Source of the DNA: Lama guanicoe
Taxonomy: Eukaryota
DNA: 64,000 bases
Direction of reading: 5' to 3'
Assembly: GCA_013239625.1 (NCBI GenBank)
Contig: MU054391.1
Coordinates: forward strand, 8,775,095 to 8,839,094
Shown: positions 27,601 to 41,362 of the stretch, piece after piece
Position numbering within the stretch: position 1 is the stretch's first letter
Layout: the number at the start of each line of letters is the position of its first letter
Position numbers and translations under genes: made by a program
Notes under the pieces: model-generated
The model's database searches: none
Told to the model about the DNA's origin: nothing
The model's input: only the letters and a program-made list of their open reading frames with translations

Positions 27601-30406
27601 ATTTAGTTCTGTTATTTTGTTTTGGTTTTGATTTTTAATATGCACATGCACACATGTAGATTTATTACTTGGATTCCTGATAACTGAGAAGTCAAATAAT
27701 TTTAGTATTTTAAATTATCCCCTGAAAATTTATTTTGAATTAATGAAAGGTTTCTGGTTAGGTTTCTGAAATGCTAAAATAGTTTGAGAGTGCTTTAAAA
27801 TGTTTTCTGCACATATATTCATTTTTAAATGAAAAAAATAATGGCATAAGACCCTCCGTCATGACCAGGCACACACAGGGGGCATGCAGGCCAGGCTGGA
27901 AATAGACATGGTTCATTTTTGTATAACTGGAAAGAAGGAGACATTTAAAAATGTGTCTTTGTTTTCATTTACTGCATTTTAAAGAAAGGATTACCTTGTG
28001 AATGACCTTATCTTCAAAAAAATATCAAATATTTTAAGTAATCCTGGGAGGTTTTGCAATCATTTTGGATACCCCAGGTTGACCACCTAAGCAAGATGTA
28101 TTGAGAAGTATGTAAATGAACCTATATGAGAAGTATGCAAATGAACCTATATGTACGCATCAAAGGTAGCAATCTCCTGCAACTTTTTCTGAAAATTGTC
28201 TCGGCTGAATGTCTATAGACTTATTATGTTTAAAACCTTTGCTCCTAAGCATTCATGTGGGCTGACTTTTCAATTTCAAGGGATTTCAGTACAGGTCCCT
28301 GCAATTTATCATGTGAAAAGAATTAACGAGAAAGAAAATGGAAGCACATTCACACTCGCCAAGACATTTCCCTTCAGAAGGAGAAAAAGCTACTGAATGA
28401 ATAATACAAGAAAAATGATTTTGGTGCTTCGAAAACAGAAAAATAACTTAAAGTCCCCGTTAGTAGAGCCAGCCTTCCCTTTCCTATAGAATATGAATAA
28501 GCACCAGGCACACAATAGAAACCTGCCATAAACCAGCCCATTATCACACAGGTTCAGGTTGCGAAGCTAACTGCAGGGTCCCACCCCCTCCACAGAACAC
28601 TCTGATAAGGGAAGCATTACCACATGTCTCAATACGGAAGGCAAATCCAAATAAAGCTGATCCTCTATTTTCCCACAGGAGGAAAGAATTGAAAATAAGG
28701 TTTAGGCCAATGTGAATGCACAGACTTTTATAGGTGTATAATACATAATGAACTAACTTAGTGACACATATTCAGAACCTTCTAGGTTGTTCCCTAGAGT
28801 TAATGTTTGGTTCTCTTATGTGCACTCAGTTCTCTTGGGGCTCTAATCCAGCTTTGTGGCTTTAATCTTCAAATATCTATATTCCAGTGACTTGCAATTT
28901 AACAAGAAACTTTCCCCAATCTCCAGATTCAGATACCTCATTTTTACTCAGCATCTCCAGCTGGATGGCTAATGGAGCGCTCAGACATGCCACAAAACAA
29001 ACCAATCGCTGCCCCCCCCCGCCCCCCAGGTGTTCTCACTTGCCAAAGCTGGCAAACCCAGCCCTCTCCTCCCAGGCAGCCTTCCACAGCTCAGGGGATG
29101 ACAGGTGAGGCAGCAAGCAGAGAGGAAAGAGGCTTTGAAAGACAAAGAAAGGTCATAAACGGAGGATTCAACCAGAAGATAAGTCTTTTTCTGCCTTCAG
29201 TCCCATGGGAATGTTAAATTCTAACCTCCAAACAGCCTCTGAGAACCTTTAGTCATTTGAATGTATTGGAAGAGATTTATATCAAGACTTAGGACACCAG
29301 AAATTCAGAACTGAATCAAAGAGACCCAGGGCAGCAGAAATGCGTCGGAGACAGAACTTCACCATATGCTAATTACTGAGCCCTAAGCAATCAAAGATTA
29401 AGAGGAATCTCAGCTATTAGTTTTGTACTACCAGTCATCTGGCGTTCACCAGAACGGGACAATACAATAAGGAATGTGAACCAGAATATAGGATAATCCA
29501 CACAACATGACAAAAGTAGAAGACCCAGACTAAATCCAGGCAAAAAACGCTGCGCTATTCACTGTTTATTAATCTAGAAAAGAGGAATAAAAATTTTAAA
29601 CTGGAACTACATTTCTGTTGATTCTTACCTATGTACCGATTTGTCTTATAAATCTCTGCTTAAATTAGTGCTGTTACTGTTATACAGTACAAGCCTAGTC
29701 TCACTTAATACTTTTTTAATGAACAAAGATATCCCACTTTACGTAATTTTGCTTTTAGATTAGCCAAATAACATCACATAGTTCCTTTTATAAAAAATGC
29801 CATCATGATTGCAAAACCAGTTAAAGTTATTCTACACAAAATAGAACACATATTGATCTCATACATAAACATGAAGGGTGCTTTTAATTATTTCTGGTTG
29901 TCCCATAATTTTTCAAATGGAGAAGTCTCTCCTTGAATTGATTAAAAAAAGATCTATGTCCAGGGTTATAACAATTAGCATGTGACTAGCACACAAGCAT
30001 AGTCAGGATTAAATAGATACTCAAATAAACAACTCCTTTGAGTAAATTCAACATTTCTTGTCATTGTCAACATTAAACACTGGGTTTTGTAACCAAGAAA
30101 TGTGATTTATCCAAACTGGAGTTCTTGAGAACTACCACATTTTTATTAAAAAAAATAATAATAAACTGTAGAAGGAAAAAGATTAAAAACCAAACAAGCC
30201 AGTCTTGGCTTAGATTCTGTTTCATATTTATACATCCATCTACCGTAGCCTAAGTTTAAAAAGTACCCATTTCAATCATGAAAAACATTTCCAACACAAG
30301 TTAGCCTGAAATAAATCACTGCCCATAGGAAAATCATCATAAACATGGATGGCTCTCCTACAGAAGTCAGAAAAACAGAGAGAGAAACAATAGCATTCTG
30401 TCTTAC

Positions 30407-30464
30407 CTGGGAACTTCCCCAGTTTAATGAAATCTCCAATCAGAGCCTTCTCCAAAGTCAACCT
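30407..30464 (-). other. Candidate 58-nt internal exon (unverified)
   Basis: Minus strand: tttaattgttttgttcctcaaatatttgcag| ... CAG|GTAAGA, within non-repetitive-looking sequence. Confidence 0.3.
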
Positions 30465-31282
30465 CTGCAAATATTTGAGGAACAAAACAATTAAATTCGA
30501 CACTCTCAAACGGATCTTCCAAATTATGTGACTGACATAATTTGCAACATCATGCAACTTGCAAGCAGTATTTGAATTTGGTAAGGAAGCCATGGTATAT
30601 AGTAAACTCGCTGAAATTTCTTTCTGTCAACCTAACAATTTTTGTCAGTTTCTCAAATAGACCCACAGATAATGTAAACATTTTGACAGAAAATTGGTGG
30701 TGGTGACTATGGTGTGAAACTATCTGAGGACAAATGTACTGTGACTTGGAACATAAGATACAGTTTTCTTTGCATAGAGGCAAAATGAAGTGATGACAGA
30801 GTTCACAAAACCTATTCTCCTCTTGAAATTGCATTCCGACTTTTCCTTTCATTGGACATCCTTCGAAAACAAAAACTCCACACTCCAAGAGATTCCACTG
30901 ACATTGGTTTGCAAGTAATCACCATTCCAGAATTTGCTCTTTTCATTTTTATACCATTTCTACCTACGAGAGTATTCAAAGGACATTCCTGCCTTCCTGT
31001 GGTTTAAGTTTGCTCTAGGGGAAAAATCGAGCTAGCCCAAATTGTACATCATGGCCGTCCTCCCTGGTTCTATGCGTGCTGCCCCCTTTTCCTGCCAAAT
31101 AAATATTTCTGATTGGATAATGCCAAGCACAATATCAGGAGGTGAGAATAAAATTTGGAGTTAGAGTTTATTCTTTCCTAACCACTTGGTTCCTGAGTAC
31201 TACCCCCCATCGTGTACATATTTAACTTTTCCCCCACTAGAATTTCTCTCTAGATCTTCTATGTTTTAATAAAACTGAAGTA

Positions 31283-31536
31283 TGTAGTCCCCCACCCATC
31301 TTCAGAGAACCTGTTCCAAGACCCCTAGTGGATGACTAAAACCGTGGACAGTACCAAAAGCTGTATATGTTGTTTTTTCCTCTACATACATATCTATGAT
31401 AATTTAATTTATACATTAGGCACAGTAAGATATTAATAACAATAATGAATAATAAGATAGAACAATTATAAAATATACTGTAATAAAAGTTATGCGAATT
31501 TGTTCTATTGCTCTCTCTCAAAATATCCTATTGTGC
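31283..31536 (-). mobile_element. MER44A (Tigger7-derived) DNA transposon, one end missing
   Basis: gtagtccccc TIR-like start, gttccaagacccctagtggatg, ttaggcacagtaaga, ctctctctcaaaatatc match the MER44A reverse complement. Confidence 0.85.
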
Positions 31537-31545
31537 AAATTCCCA

Positions 31546-32890
31546 TGTTGGGAAAAACAGACAGCTTTATGCAAAAGAATCAAATTGGACTATTTTCTCA
31601 TATCATATACAAAAATAAACTCAAAACAGACTAAATACTTAAATGTAAGACCTGAAACCATAAAACTTATAGAAGAAAACATAAGCAGTATACTCTTTAA
31701 CATTATCTTAGCAATTTTTTTTTTTGAATCTGCCTCCTCAGGCAAGGAAAACAAAAGCAAAATAAACAAATGGGGCTACATCAAACTAAAAAGCTTTTGC
31801 ACAGTGAAGGAAACTATTAACAAAGTGAAAAGGCCACCTACCGAATGGGAGAAGATATGTGCAAATGATATACGCAATGTTAATTTACAAAATAGGCAAA
31901 GAACTCATACAACCCAACATCAAAAAACAAACAACTCAATTAAAAAATGGGCAGAGGGCCTGGATAGACGTTTTTCCAAAGAAGACATACAGATGGCCAA
32001 CAGGCACATGAAAGGATGCTCAACATCACTCATCATCAGGGAAATGCAAACCAAAACCACAATGAGATATCACCTCATGCCTTTCAGAATGGCTATTATC
32101 AAAAAGTCAAGAAATAACAGGTGTTGGCCAAGATGTGGAGAAATGGGAACACTGGTGCACTGCTGGTGGGAATTTAAATTGGTGCAGCCACTGTGGAAAA
32201 CCATGTGGAGGGTCCTCAAAAACTGACAAATGGGACTCCCATACAATCCAGCAATTCCACTTTTGGGTATCTATCTGGAACAAACAGAAACAGGAATCTG
32301 AAAAGATATTTGTGCCCCTGCGTTCATTTCAGCATTATGTACAGAAGCCAAGATATGGAAGCAACCTAAGTAGATGAATGATTAAAGAAGTGGTATACAT
32401 GCAACGAAATATTACTCAGCCATAAAAAGAACACAGTCTTGCCATTTGTGATGTGTATGTAGAGTATTTAGAAGATATTAAGCTAAATGCAATAGGGCAG
32501 ACAGAGAAAGGCAAATACAATAGGATTTCACGTGTGTGTAGAATCTAAAAAAAACAAAACAGTGAACAAACAAAACAGGAAAAGACCCATAGTTACAGAT
32601 AAAAAGCTGGTTGTTATCAGAGAAGCATAGGATGTGGGGGTGAGCAAAATAGGTGAAGAGTATTAAGAGGTATCAGGTTCCAGTTACAAAATAAATATGT
32701 CACAGGGGTGTAAAGTATAGATTAGGGAGTATAGTTAATAGTATTGCAGTGACTTTGTAAGGTGACAGATGGTTGTTAGACTTACCATGGTGATCAATTC
32801 ATAATGTATGTAAACACTGAATTACTATGTTAGGCACCTGCAACTAACATAATATTGTACCGGAACAATACTTAAATTAAAACATTTTTA
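31546..32890 (+). mobile_element. 5'-truncated L1: ORF2 C-terminus plus 3'UTR (pseudogenised)
   Basis: Translation shows L1 ORF2p motifs (YTKINSK...[38 protein letters not shown]), with frameshifts. Confidence 0.92.
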
Positions 32891-34189
32891 AAAAGCGAGA
32901 AGTTTAATGTACAGAAGGAAATTTATCTCAGTTCAACTTTTCAGCAAGCAAATTTCTTAGAATAAAACTCAAGTTTAAACACATACTGAAGAGGAGTTGT
33001 TTGGACTATTTACCAAGCTAATTTGTTGAAGAATATATGACAATAGAGCGATTGCATTAAAATGCCATATACAGTTCAGTTTATTTGGGATCTTGGTAGC
33101 ATTACTTTGACCTTGGTTTCAAGCTAATAAGACTGGAAACATATTCGCTGGAACAAGAACAAGCCACATAGGCTCATTACTCAGTTCTATGCTGGCTTTA
33201 TTCTCTCCTTGTTAAAATGTGTGGCATATGATGGAAGTTCACAGCGAATGCATTCTTTCTGAGGTTTTCAGAATACCTTCGCATATAAAAACAATCAAAA
33301 CTTTTTAAAAAATAGTGCTTTACTGAACACTGATGTGAATCTCTTGTGCCCTTTGATAATATTGGAGAAAGTTAAATATGTTAAAAGTACAGAGAGTTTC
33401 TATGGACATACCTTTGTTTTCTGGTGTACAAGGTTAACACAAGGTCATCTGAGACTGCAGATGTCGTGGGTCTTTTAACAAGCAGATAGATAAAACCAGA
33501 GTGTGCACAATGCAATAAGAAATCAGCCAAGTGACAAGTGAATGCAAGGAAAGCATGTTTAAAAACCCCAGACTCTCAGTTCCAAACTCTATCTAATTTA
33601 TGAAATCCATGAATATTTAACACCATCCCAAGGACGAGATTAATTATTAGTTGATTGATATCTAAAATGCCTTCACTACAAAGGCAAACTAATGGGAAAA
33701 TTAATAATCAAGCATTTCAGAATATCTAAAATGATTAAGCTGCGAGGGATATTAGAATTTCTCTAAAAATTTCTCCCAACTTCCTCATTTTGTCATTAAG
33801 GCAACTGAAGCCCAGGGAATGGAAGTGGCTTGTGTAAGGCCACTGATTCCTTCTAGATCTGGAGCCATAAGTAGTCTCTCACCGGAATGTGGAGCATTGA
33901 CTCTTGCCACTTCCTGAAGAGGAGGTGCCGAATCAGAGCTCCCTGGAGAGCGGGGAGGTTGGTGACTGATGGACAAGACACACTCCTCTTCCAGCAGGGA
34001 GACTGCCAATGAGGGCTCAGTATTTGCCCCTGGAACCAAAGAGCTTCTCTCGCCTCCTGTGAAGTGGCTGCTGAGTGAGCTCCAATGAGTTTACCAGGAA
34101 ATTACGTCTTTAATTTATACCAGTGGATATACTACATAATTATGATAGGAACTGCTCCCTGATTTTTAGCATAATAATCACTTTCCAGG

Positions 34190-34750
34190 AGAGGTCGTGT
34201 ACAGTGGAAAGAAACATGGATAAGTCAGTGGTTTAAGGTCTTAATCTGTATTTCTTCATGATGTTAGTTTGGGCAATTAAATTCTCTGAGTCTCTTTTTT
34301 TTCCCCCCACCAATAAAGTCAAGGTATAATAATTAGTATGGGATAATAAAACTAACATGTATATATGCCCAACATGCGACATAAGTTCAAATGCCTCCTT
34401 TTATGAAATCACAGATAACAACAGCACAGGTGTGATTATCATCCCCATTTTCCAGATAGGAAAACTGTGGTTAGCAATTTTAGGGAAGAAGTATAATATA
34501 GTGGCAACGAGCATAGAACCTGGATGCAGAATGAGTTTGTACTTGGCTTTAATACTTCCTAGCTGTTGGATATTGAGGAAGTGAGTTAACCTCTCTGGGC
34601 TACAGTTATCTCACCCACAAAATGGGAATAATAGTAATGTAAAATTCATATGGTGTTGCAAGGATTAAATAGAATAATATACATCTCTTAAAACAACACC
34701 TAGAGGGTAGTCATTCTCAATAAACTGACTAACTGTCATTATTATTATGT
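34190..34750. mobile_element. Cluster of MIR fragments in both orientations
   Basis: atccccattttccagataggaaaactg and taacctctctgggctacagttatctc...aaaatgggaataatag cores. Confidence 0.65.
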
Positions 34751-35089
34751 ATTACCCGGGATCACAGAACCACTCAACAGCAGAGATCAAATCAGCAGGA
34801 CTGGTCTGATGGGACCCTGGCTCTTGCCCATCACGCTGTGCTCCTGAAACATCTCCACTGTTTCTATATCCAAAATTTTACAAAGCTGATAGGTGGGCTG
34901 TTTTAGAAGGGTATTAACCCTTTCAACGTTTTACATAATACACTAGACATTTAAAGTTGTATCAGTTCACTAACTGATAGCCTAGTGCTTAAGAGTAGGG
35001 ATTATTTTTTCATTTAAACTCGTATAAAATTGCAAAATAATATGAAGAATTCCCATTAACCATAAACCATTCACCCAAATTCCCTCAAC

Positions 35090-35530
35090 GTAGTATACTG
35101 ACGTGTGCATCCTGATAGGATGCGCTGAGGACACAACATTGCTTCTGTGGAATTCTTGCCAAAAAATGCATAACCTAAGTGCAATTGTGAGGAATCATCA
35201 GACCAACCCAGTCTGAGGCATACAGCACTGAACAGCTGGGAGGTACTATTCAAAAGCGCCATGTGATTAAAAAAAAAAAAAAGAAAGAAAGAAATACGGA
35301 GGAGATTTTCTGGATTAAAAAAGACTAATGATATACGAAAACTGAATGCAATAGGGGTTCCTGAATTGAATTATGATCCAGAAAAAGGACAATAATGAAA
35401 AGCTCTGCTCTGCTTTGAAACAGATTGTCTCATGTCCTATTTCTAGTCCATAATTGAATTCATCGTATCAATGTTATTGTCCTCCATTGATATTTCCTGA
35501 CTGGATATTTGTAATGTATAGGAGGTTAAA
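35090..35530 (+). mobile_element. L1MC/ME 3' fragment
   Basis: ttcttgccaaaaaatgcataacctaa...gaatcatcagaccaaccc. Confidence 0.6.
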
Positions 35531-35734
35531 CATAGATTGTTTTTAGATAATGTTAGAACATAAAGGGAATTCGCGAGTCGCAGTGTGGGCAGGAGACCTG
35601 GGCTTCAGAAGAAGAAGGCAGTTGCCTATGGTCCCTAGTCGGCGCGTCAGTGGCCGCTCTGGGATTCTGTCTCCATGCTCTCAGGCCAGTGCTCTTTCTG
35701 TTACATCCAGTGGTGGAAAAACTCAGAGCCTATG

Positions 35735-36250
35735 AACATTACATTGATTTCCTGTGGCTGCTTTAATAAATGAACAAAAATTTGACATCTGAAAACAACA
35801 GACATTTATTCACTTTCCGTTCTGGATGTCAGGAGATCAAAATCAGTTTCCCTGGGCTGAAGTAAAGGTGTGCACAAGGCTAGACTCCCTCCAAGGCTCC
35901 AGGAGAGAAGCCCCGTCCTTGCCCTGTCCAGCTTCCAGAGCTGCGCTCCCAGCATTCCTCGGTTCACGACCCCGTCCCCTGCATCTTCAGAGCTAGCAGC
36001 TTAGCATCTTCACATCTTTCTGTCGTCACTTCGCCTTCTTCTCATCTATTTTCACATCTCCCTCTGCCTCCCTCTTATAAGGACACTTGTGATTTTTACT
36101 TACAGGGTCCATTCAGATAATCCAGGATAATTTCCCCACTTCAAAATCCTTTGTTCAATCACAGCTGCAAAGTCCCCGGTACCGTAAGAAGTAACACACA
36201 CAGATTAGGACCTGGATAATTCTAGAGTTCATTGTTCAGCCCGCCACACA
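35735..36250 (-). mobile_element. MLT1 (C/D-like) solo LTR
   Basis: aaaacaacagacatttatt...ccctctgcctccctcttataaggacacttgtgat...gataatccaggataat...ccgccaca. Confidence 0.85.
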
Positions 36251-36514
36251 GGCGTGAAAGGACGTCTCTATTTGTAGTGAGTTTTAATTTTTGATTCATA
36301 TGCTCAAGTAGGCATTGATCCTTATTCAGAATGATATTGAATTTAATAGCTGGGAAGCCCTTAGTTTCCTACCATTTTCTAGCAGGAAAGAACTATGCTC
36401 CCAGCCAGCGTCTGTAGTGAACATTATGCTTTCTGAGGTTTTGGTAATCTGTTTACATGGTTCTCATGTGGGCTTTTCTGAGGGCAGGGGTGTGTTTTGT
36501 ATTTTATGTATTTC

Positions 36515-37010
36515 CAGTACAGTAGGCTGAACGTTCGCCCTCAAACATAATCAGCTCCTAATTCCTGAAACCTACGAAAATCACCTTCTATGGCAAAAGG
36601 GACTTTGTGGATGCAATTCAATTAAGGATCTTAAGATTGAGAGATTATTCTGAATTATTACAGTGGGCCCTAAACACAATCGCAAATGTCCTTATAAGAG
36701 AGAGGCAAAGGGAAAATTGACACAGAGGAGGAGAAAGCAATGTGACAACAGGAGTGGAGACTGGAGTGACATGGTCACAAGCCCAGGAATGTCAGCAATC
36801 ATCAGTCAGAAGCTGGAAGGGACAACAGGGAACCATTTCTCCCCGGGAGCCACCCAAGGGAGCACGGCCCTGCTGACCCCTCGACTTAGCTGTTTAAGGC
36901 TCAGTGTGGATTCCTGAATTCTATAACTGTGAAAGGGAAAAAAAAAAGTTTGTTATTTTAAGCCGCTGAATTTGTGGCAATCTGTGACAGCAGTAATGGA
37001 AAACTAGCTT
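36515..37010 (+). mobile_element. MLT1 (C/D-like) solo LTR inserted in an L2 tail
   Basis: tatggcaaaagggactttg...ccttataagagagaggca...ttaagccgctgaatttgtggcaat; L2 tail resumes at gtacctggcac...caacaaatgcttgtt. Confidence 0.85.
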
Positions 37011-37064
37011 AGTACCTGGCACTTCCTAGGAACTCAACAAATGCTTGTTAAATGTCAGAAGTGA

Positions 37065-37144
37065 AGAAGGGGAGTGAGGAAGGAAGAAAGGAAAAGAGGA
37101 AGGAAGGGAGGGAGGGAGGAAAGTAGAAAGGAAGGAAGGAAGGA
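37065..37144. repeat. (GGAA)n-like polypurine tract
   Basis: Direct observation. Confidence 0.9.
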
Positions 37145-38339
37145 TTAAAGTTATAAGCCAAACCAACATTTTGGACTTTAATCAATATTTGACATATTTT
37201 CCTCAACTGGGGACACATTACTGGCCTCCAACTGAAAAGATACACATTTTTTTCTTTTAGTTAAATGTCCTTTATGCAAATCTGAGGAACTGTGCTTTTT
37301 AAATCTACATCTGCTCCTGGAAGACTACAGGACAAGTTTCACTTTGAGAGGATTTTTGCAGCTGAGTGATGAACTGCTGCAGGAAGGGTTTACAGTGAAA
37401 GCCAGTCGGGTCCTTTGCTCAGGGAGAGCCTGCAGGCCTGATACAATCATTGGAAAGTGGATGGAATTGCGAGGTGAAGGTACACACTCTCACTGCCGCG
37501 GGAGATCATTCATTTCTGTCCGAATTTTTTAAGCGAAAAGACGTATCAGTGCAGCTAGAGACACTTAAAAGCTATCTTCATGTTTATTAGCTCTGGGGAA
37601 ACAATGATCACTTAATAGATTCAGGGGTAAGTGAAGTGTCAGACCCATATCTATGGTTTCAGAAATAATACATCCTGATCCATATGGAACTCAATTTGTG
37701 GTGTTTAGTGAAAACTGTAAATGACCTAAAAGGAGTTAGATACGTCCAAGGTGGCCGGTTACCCCTGGGAGCGTCACTGAAGTGTTAAATGAAACAAAAC
37801 TGAAGATGGAAAGGTTGAGGCAATTAAGGCTTTTATCCCGTAGACCTTTCTCTGTAAATCCTATGCTAGGATTCAGTTAAAATAAATAATTTTCCCCCTG
37901 AAATTACCATTGACTTATTGAGGTTGACAATACCCAACGATGCCTTAATGTTTGTCCAAGAGCGAGAAATCACTTTGCTCTGTCAGAGAGATAAATGAGG
38001 TCAATTCATCAAGAGACCCAACTCAATAAGAATGTTGGTGACGTTCTGCTTGGACGCGTAAACCCTTCAGTCACGAGGGCCCCGTCAGATACCCAAAGTG
38101 AGGATTTTGTTCTTGCTTATAAAAAAAAATTGTTAAAAAATGCATCTAAATTCCCCATCCTGTAATTTCCTCAGCTATTTTTCAGATTATGCTCTATTTT
38201 TCATTGTAAGTTGCATTAAATCAGAGCTGGAATGAGAACGGGTGTAAAAAAAAATAAAGAAACAAGCAGATACACCATTGAATTGAATCTGGCTCTGTTA
38301 CTTGCTGACTTTTTCCTCGAAGTATCATTTGTCATTTAG

Positions 38340-39170
38340 ATTTTAGAATTAGGCTAATAAACTATGCCTGTAGTACTCCCCCATCACTCAGAAAAAAGTT
38401 TTGTACATTTTTTACACATGTGTGTTTCACACAGTATACAAATACGGGACCACATCATACGCAATGTTTACTTAATGCAGGCTTGCTTTTTTTTTTTTTC
38501 ACTTTTTCACTTTTTGTCTACTTCCTTCCTCTTGTCTTCCTCTCTTGACTCATATCAGAGCCCTTTTGGGTAAAACCTGTTAATATCTACATCTTCCATT
38601 TTTGTCTCCATATGTATATACTGTATTCCTATATGTACAAACATGCAGATAGACAAATACAGAAAAGCCTGTTATACACATTTTCCTTCCTCTTGCTTTT
38701 CTCAGTATCTAGTAAACATCCCTCCCAGTAAACAGATGTCATTCTAATCCTGTCTTTCTAATGGCTTTATTTAACAGTGTTAAGGCACCACAATTTGCAC
38801 AACCAATTCCTCACTGATGGGCATTTCTTCATATATGTTTCGACATGAATAATGCAAGAAAGTCCCTTGTACATAGATCTTTACTTACTGACCCTTTGGT
38901 TTCTAGAAGACACCTTTCAAGGAACACAATATTGCTGGATCAAAGAGTATGTGCATTTTAGTTTCCAAAAGTCTCTTTAAGATTGTTTAATAATCAAAGA
39001 TGTAACAATATGCATTTACACCAGCAGGAGTTGGGGCACTATTTTCTTTACACCCAGAACAAAAATAAATATCATATTTCCTATAACAATTTCCATTTCA
39101 ATGGGTGTAAACAGTATTTCATTAGTAGTTCATTTTTATTGCACTACCATGTAAGTACTTTCTACATCTG
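38340..39170 (-). mobile_element. Old L1ME-like fragment
   Basis: attgctggatcaaagagtatgtgcatttt; ctcactgatgggcattt. Confidence 0.55.
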
Positions 39171-39717
39171 ACCTTGTTGTCTTCCTAGACATTATAATCG
39201 CTCAGTAAATGTAGAAAAAGACACAATTATGGAGAGAAAAAGAGAAAGCGATGCCCGTGTAGTAGATGTATGCGTGGATGTGAGTGGGAGGGCGCTAGGC
39301 TTCTGCAGGGAAATGTCCGCTGTCTTGCTGTCTTGAAGGACGCCTATGTGGTGAGGAAACAAGAATTACCTGTGGGCTTTGTACCACTGTATCTTGCCAG
39401 TTGGTTGGTTATTCCACGTCTCTGAAGAGTCATTACTTCTACTCATTTGTTTCAATTTTTTTCCTGAAGCTACACAGAAAAAAAAATCTAATCCCTCTTC
39501 AGTAAGAGTTTATTGAAATATAGTCTTTGGTGGCAGCTTGCCTTTGTTCAGAATTACTTTCTTCTCTATGCATCTTCATTTATTTCAGCTGCTCCTCAGA
39601 AAACTAAAGTGTTCTCACCACAGGCACTTTAGTTTTCTGACACATATGTCTTCCCTGGGCAAATATTTCAGTTATTACAACATATTAAGAAGGTAAACAA
39701 CAATAAAAACATCAGAT

Positions 39718-40278
39718 CATTACCAAATCGATTGACAGGACCCATGCCGGGGTCCCAGCCCTGGACGAGACGGCCAGGAAGGTTCATTTCCTGATTGGAT
39801 TCGAGCAGAAACTTCATTCAATGGCCAAAGAATGGACAAGCAGGCACCTAGTTCACAAATCAATTCCTCTACTCAATTTGGGTGGAGACACCAAATATAT
39901 AGGAGGGTGGAGGTAAACGAGAGAGAATTGGAAAGAGTGGGAGGAATATTCATGTGTTATCTGAGAACAACAGTGTGACCTAGATACTGAAATGATGCAG
40001 CTCTCTTTCTCAGCCCTTGTATGGTCCTTTCCAGTTGTTGTCATGGCAAGTGTCAACTGTCATGGCACTGGCGGGTGTGTCATTTAGCATGCTGATGTGT
40101 TACAGTGAGACTCAAGGTCTACTGGAAGTCAGTTCTCCCACCATCTTGGGCCTAGCTGGTTCTAACCGGTTCTTGCTTTTTCTCTTTGCAGCTTCCTCCT
40201 GAGACTTAGGTAAGAGTAACTGGTTTCTATTCGAGAGCAGGGCAGCGGTATGATTCTGGGGCAACAGCCTTGATAACA
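39718..40278 (-). mobile_element. ERV1 (MER4/MER41-group-like) solo LTR
   Basis: tgtcatggcactggcgggtgtgtcatttagcatgct and ccatcttgg motifs; ends ...tgataaca. Left terminus is degenerate. Confidence 0.55.
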
Positions 40279-41362
40279 ATATGACTCTATGGTAATGAGT
40301 CCTTATTGAAATACTGGCCTACATTAAAATCCTATTTCACCGACTCTGTTCCTAGGGGTGAGGAACATGGAGACAGTCTCCAGGCTTGTTACATATGCAG
40401 ACCCCTGAGCTATACCCCCCACAAAGAGAAAACAGAACTTGCAGACACTGGACCCAAAATCTGCACTGGAAAACAGCTTTTCTAGGCAACTGTTCACACT
40501 CTAAGAGTAGAGCCAATGCTTTTAAAGTCTTCATCTTTTCCCTAATATCTGGGCTGATTAGGAAGTCAGTTAGCTGTCAGTTACAAAGAAGGTGCTAATT
40601 ACCCATTCGAAACCTCCCAGTGACTCCAAGAATGACTTCTCTTCTTTTCAGTTTGAGAAGGCTGCATTCGTCCTCCTTGAAACCTAACCCCCTTGAGTGC
40701 TTTATTCCTGCTGTGAGACTCCAGTTAAAATAGTTTTCCTTGAATCCTAACTGACTTGCTCCCACTCTTCTCTTATGAAAATTTCTTTAATTTTGCAAAT
40801 TGGCTTCTTCAAAGTGTCAGACAGTTTTTCTTCAGAAGAGTTGATGTTCAGTAACCAAATTATATGGAGAACAAACAAAAGCATAATGATTTTGTTATAA
40901 AAGAAAATGCCCAGTGGTTTTCATCAAAAGATGAATGAATCTTAATTTGAGCAAGCAGTTAGGCAAAAATATGGTTCCCATGTTCTTTCCTTTACAAATA
41001 CTGTATGATGTTAGAACTTGAGTAAAAATTTTGTCCAAAAATCATTACAGCTTTGATTCCTTTGAATATTAAGACTTTGGATATCTTAAAGCACCCTCTC
41101 AATAAATCAATGCTCCCCGAGTCCCTAGCAGCTAATATCTTAGCTATCACTTGAAAAGTTTCTCAGAATTAAATATGATATTGAAGTTTTAGTAGAAACA
41201 GTGCCAAGCAGATGAGGGAACCAGGAAATCAAGAGGTTTCAAGGACAATGTTTACCTAACAGCCTTGTCTGCATTGGAGAGGACTTTGAGCTCAGAGCTG
41301 GGACAGTCGAGTTCCAATGGTATAACAAAGTTCTGTAGACACATCGACAAGTTATGTGTCCC

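Noticed and set aside
30550..30888. 112-aa Cys/His-rich ORF
   Set aside because: No recognisable zinc-finger spacing or domain, and no supporting splice structure.
31492..32226. 244-aa ORF, the longest in the window
   Set aside because: It starts in MER44A and is otherwise L1 ORF2 C-terminal sequence with out-of-frame stretches; the last zinc-knuckle Cys is lost. Not a host gene.
35570..35660. CpG-rich patch as a CpG island
   Set aside because: Under 100 bp; no true CpG island is visible in the window.
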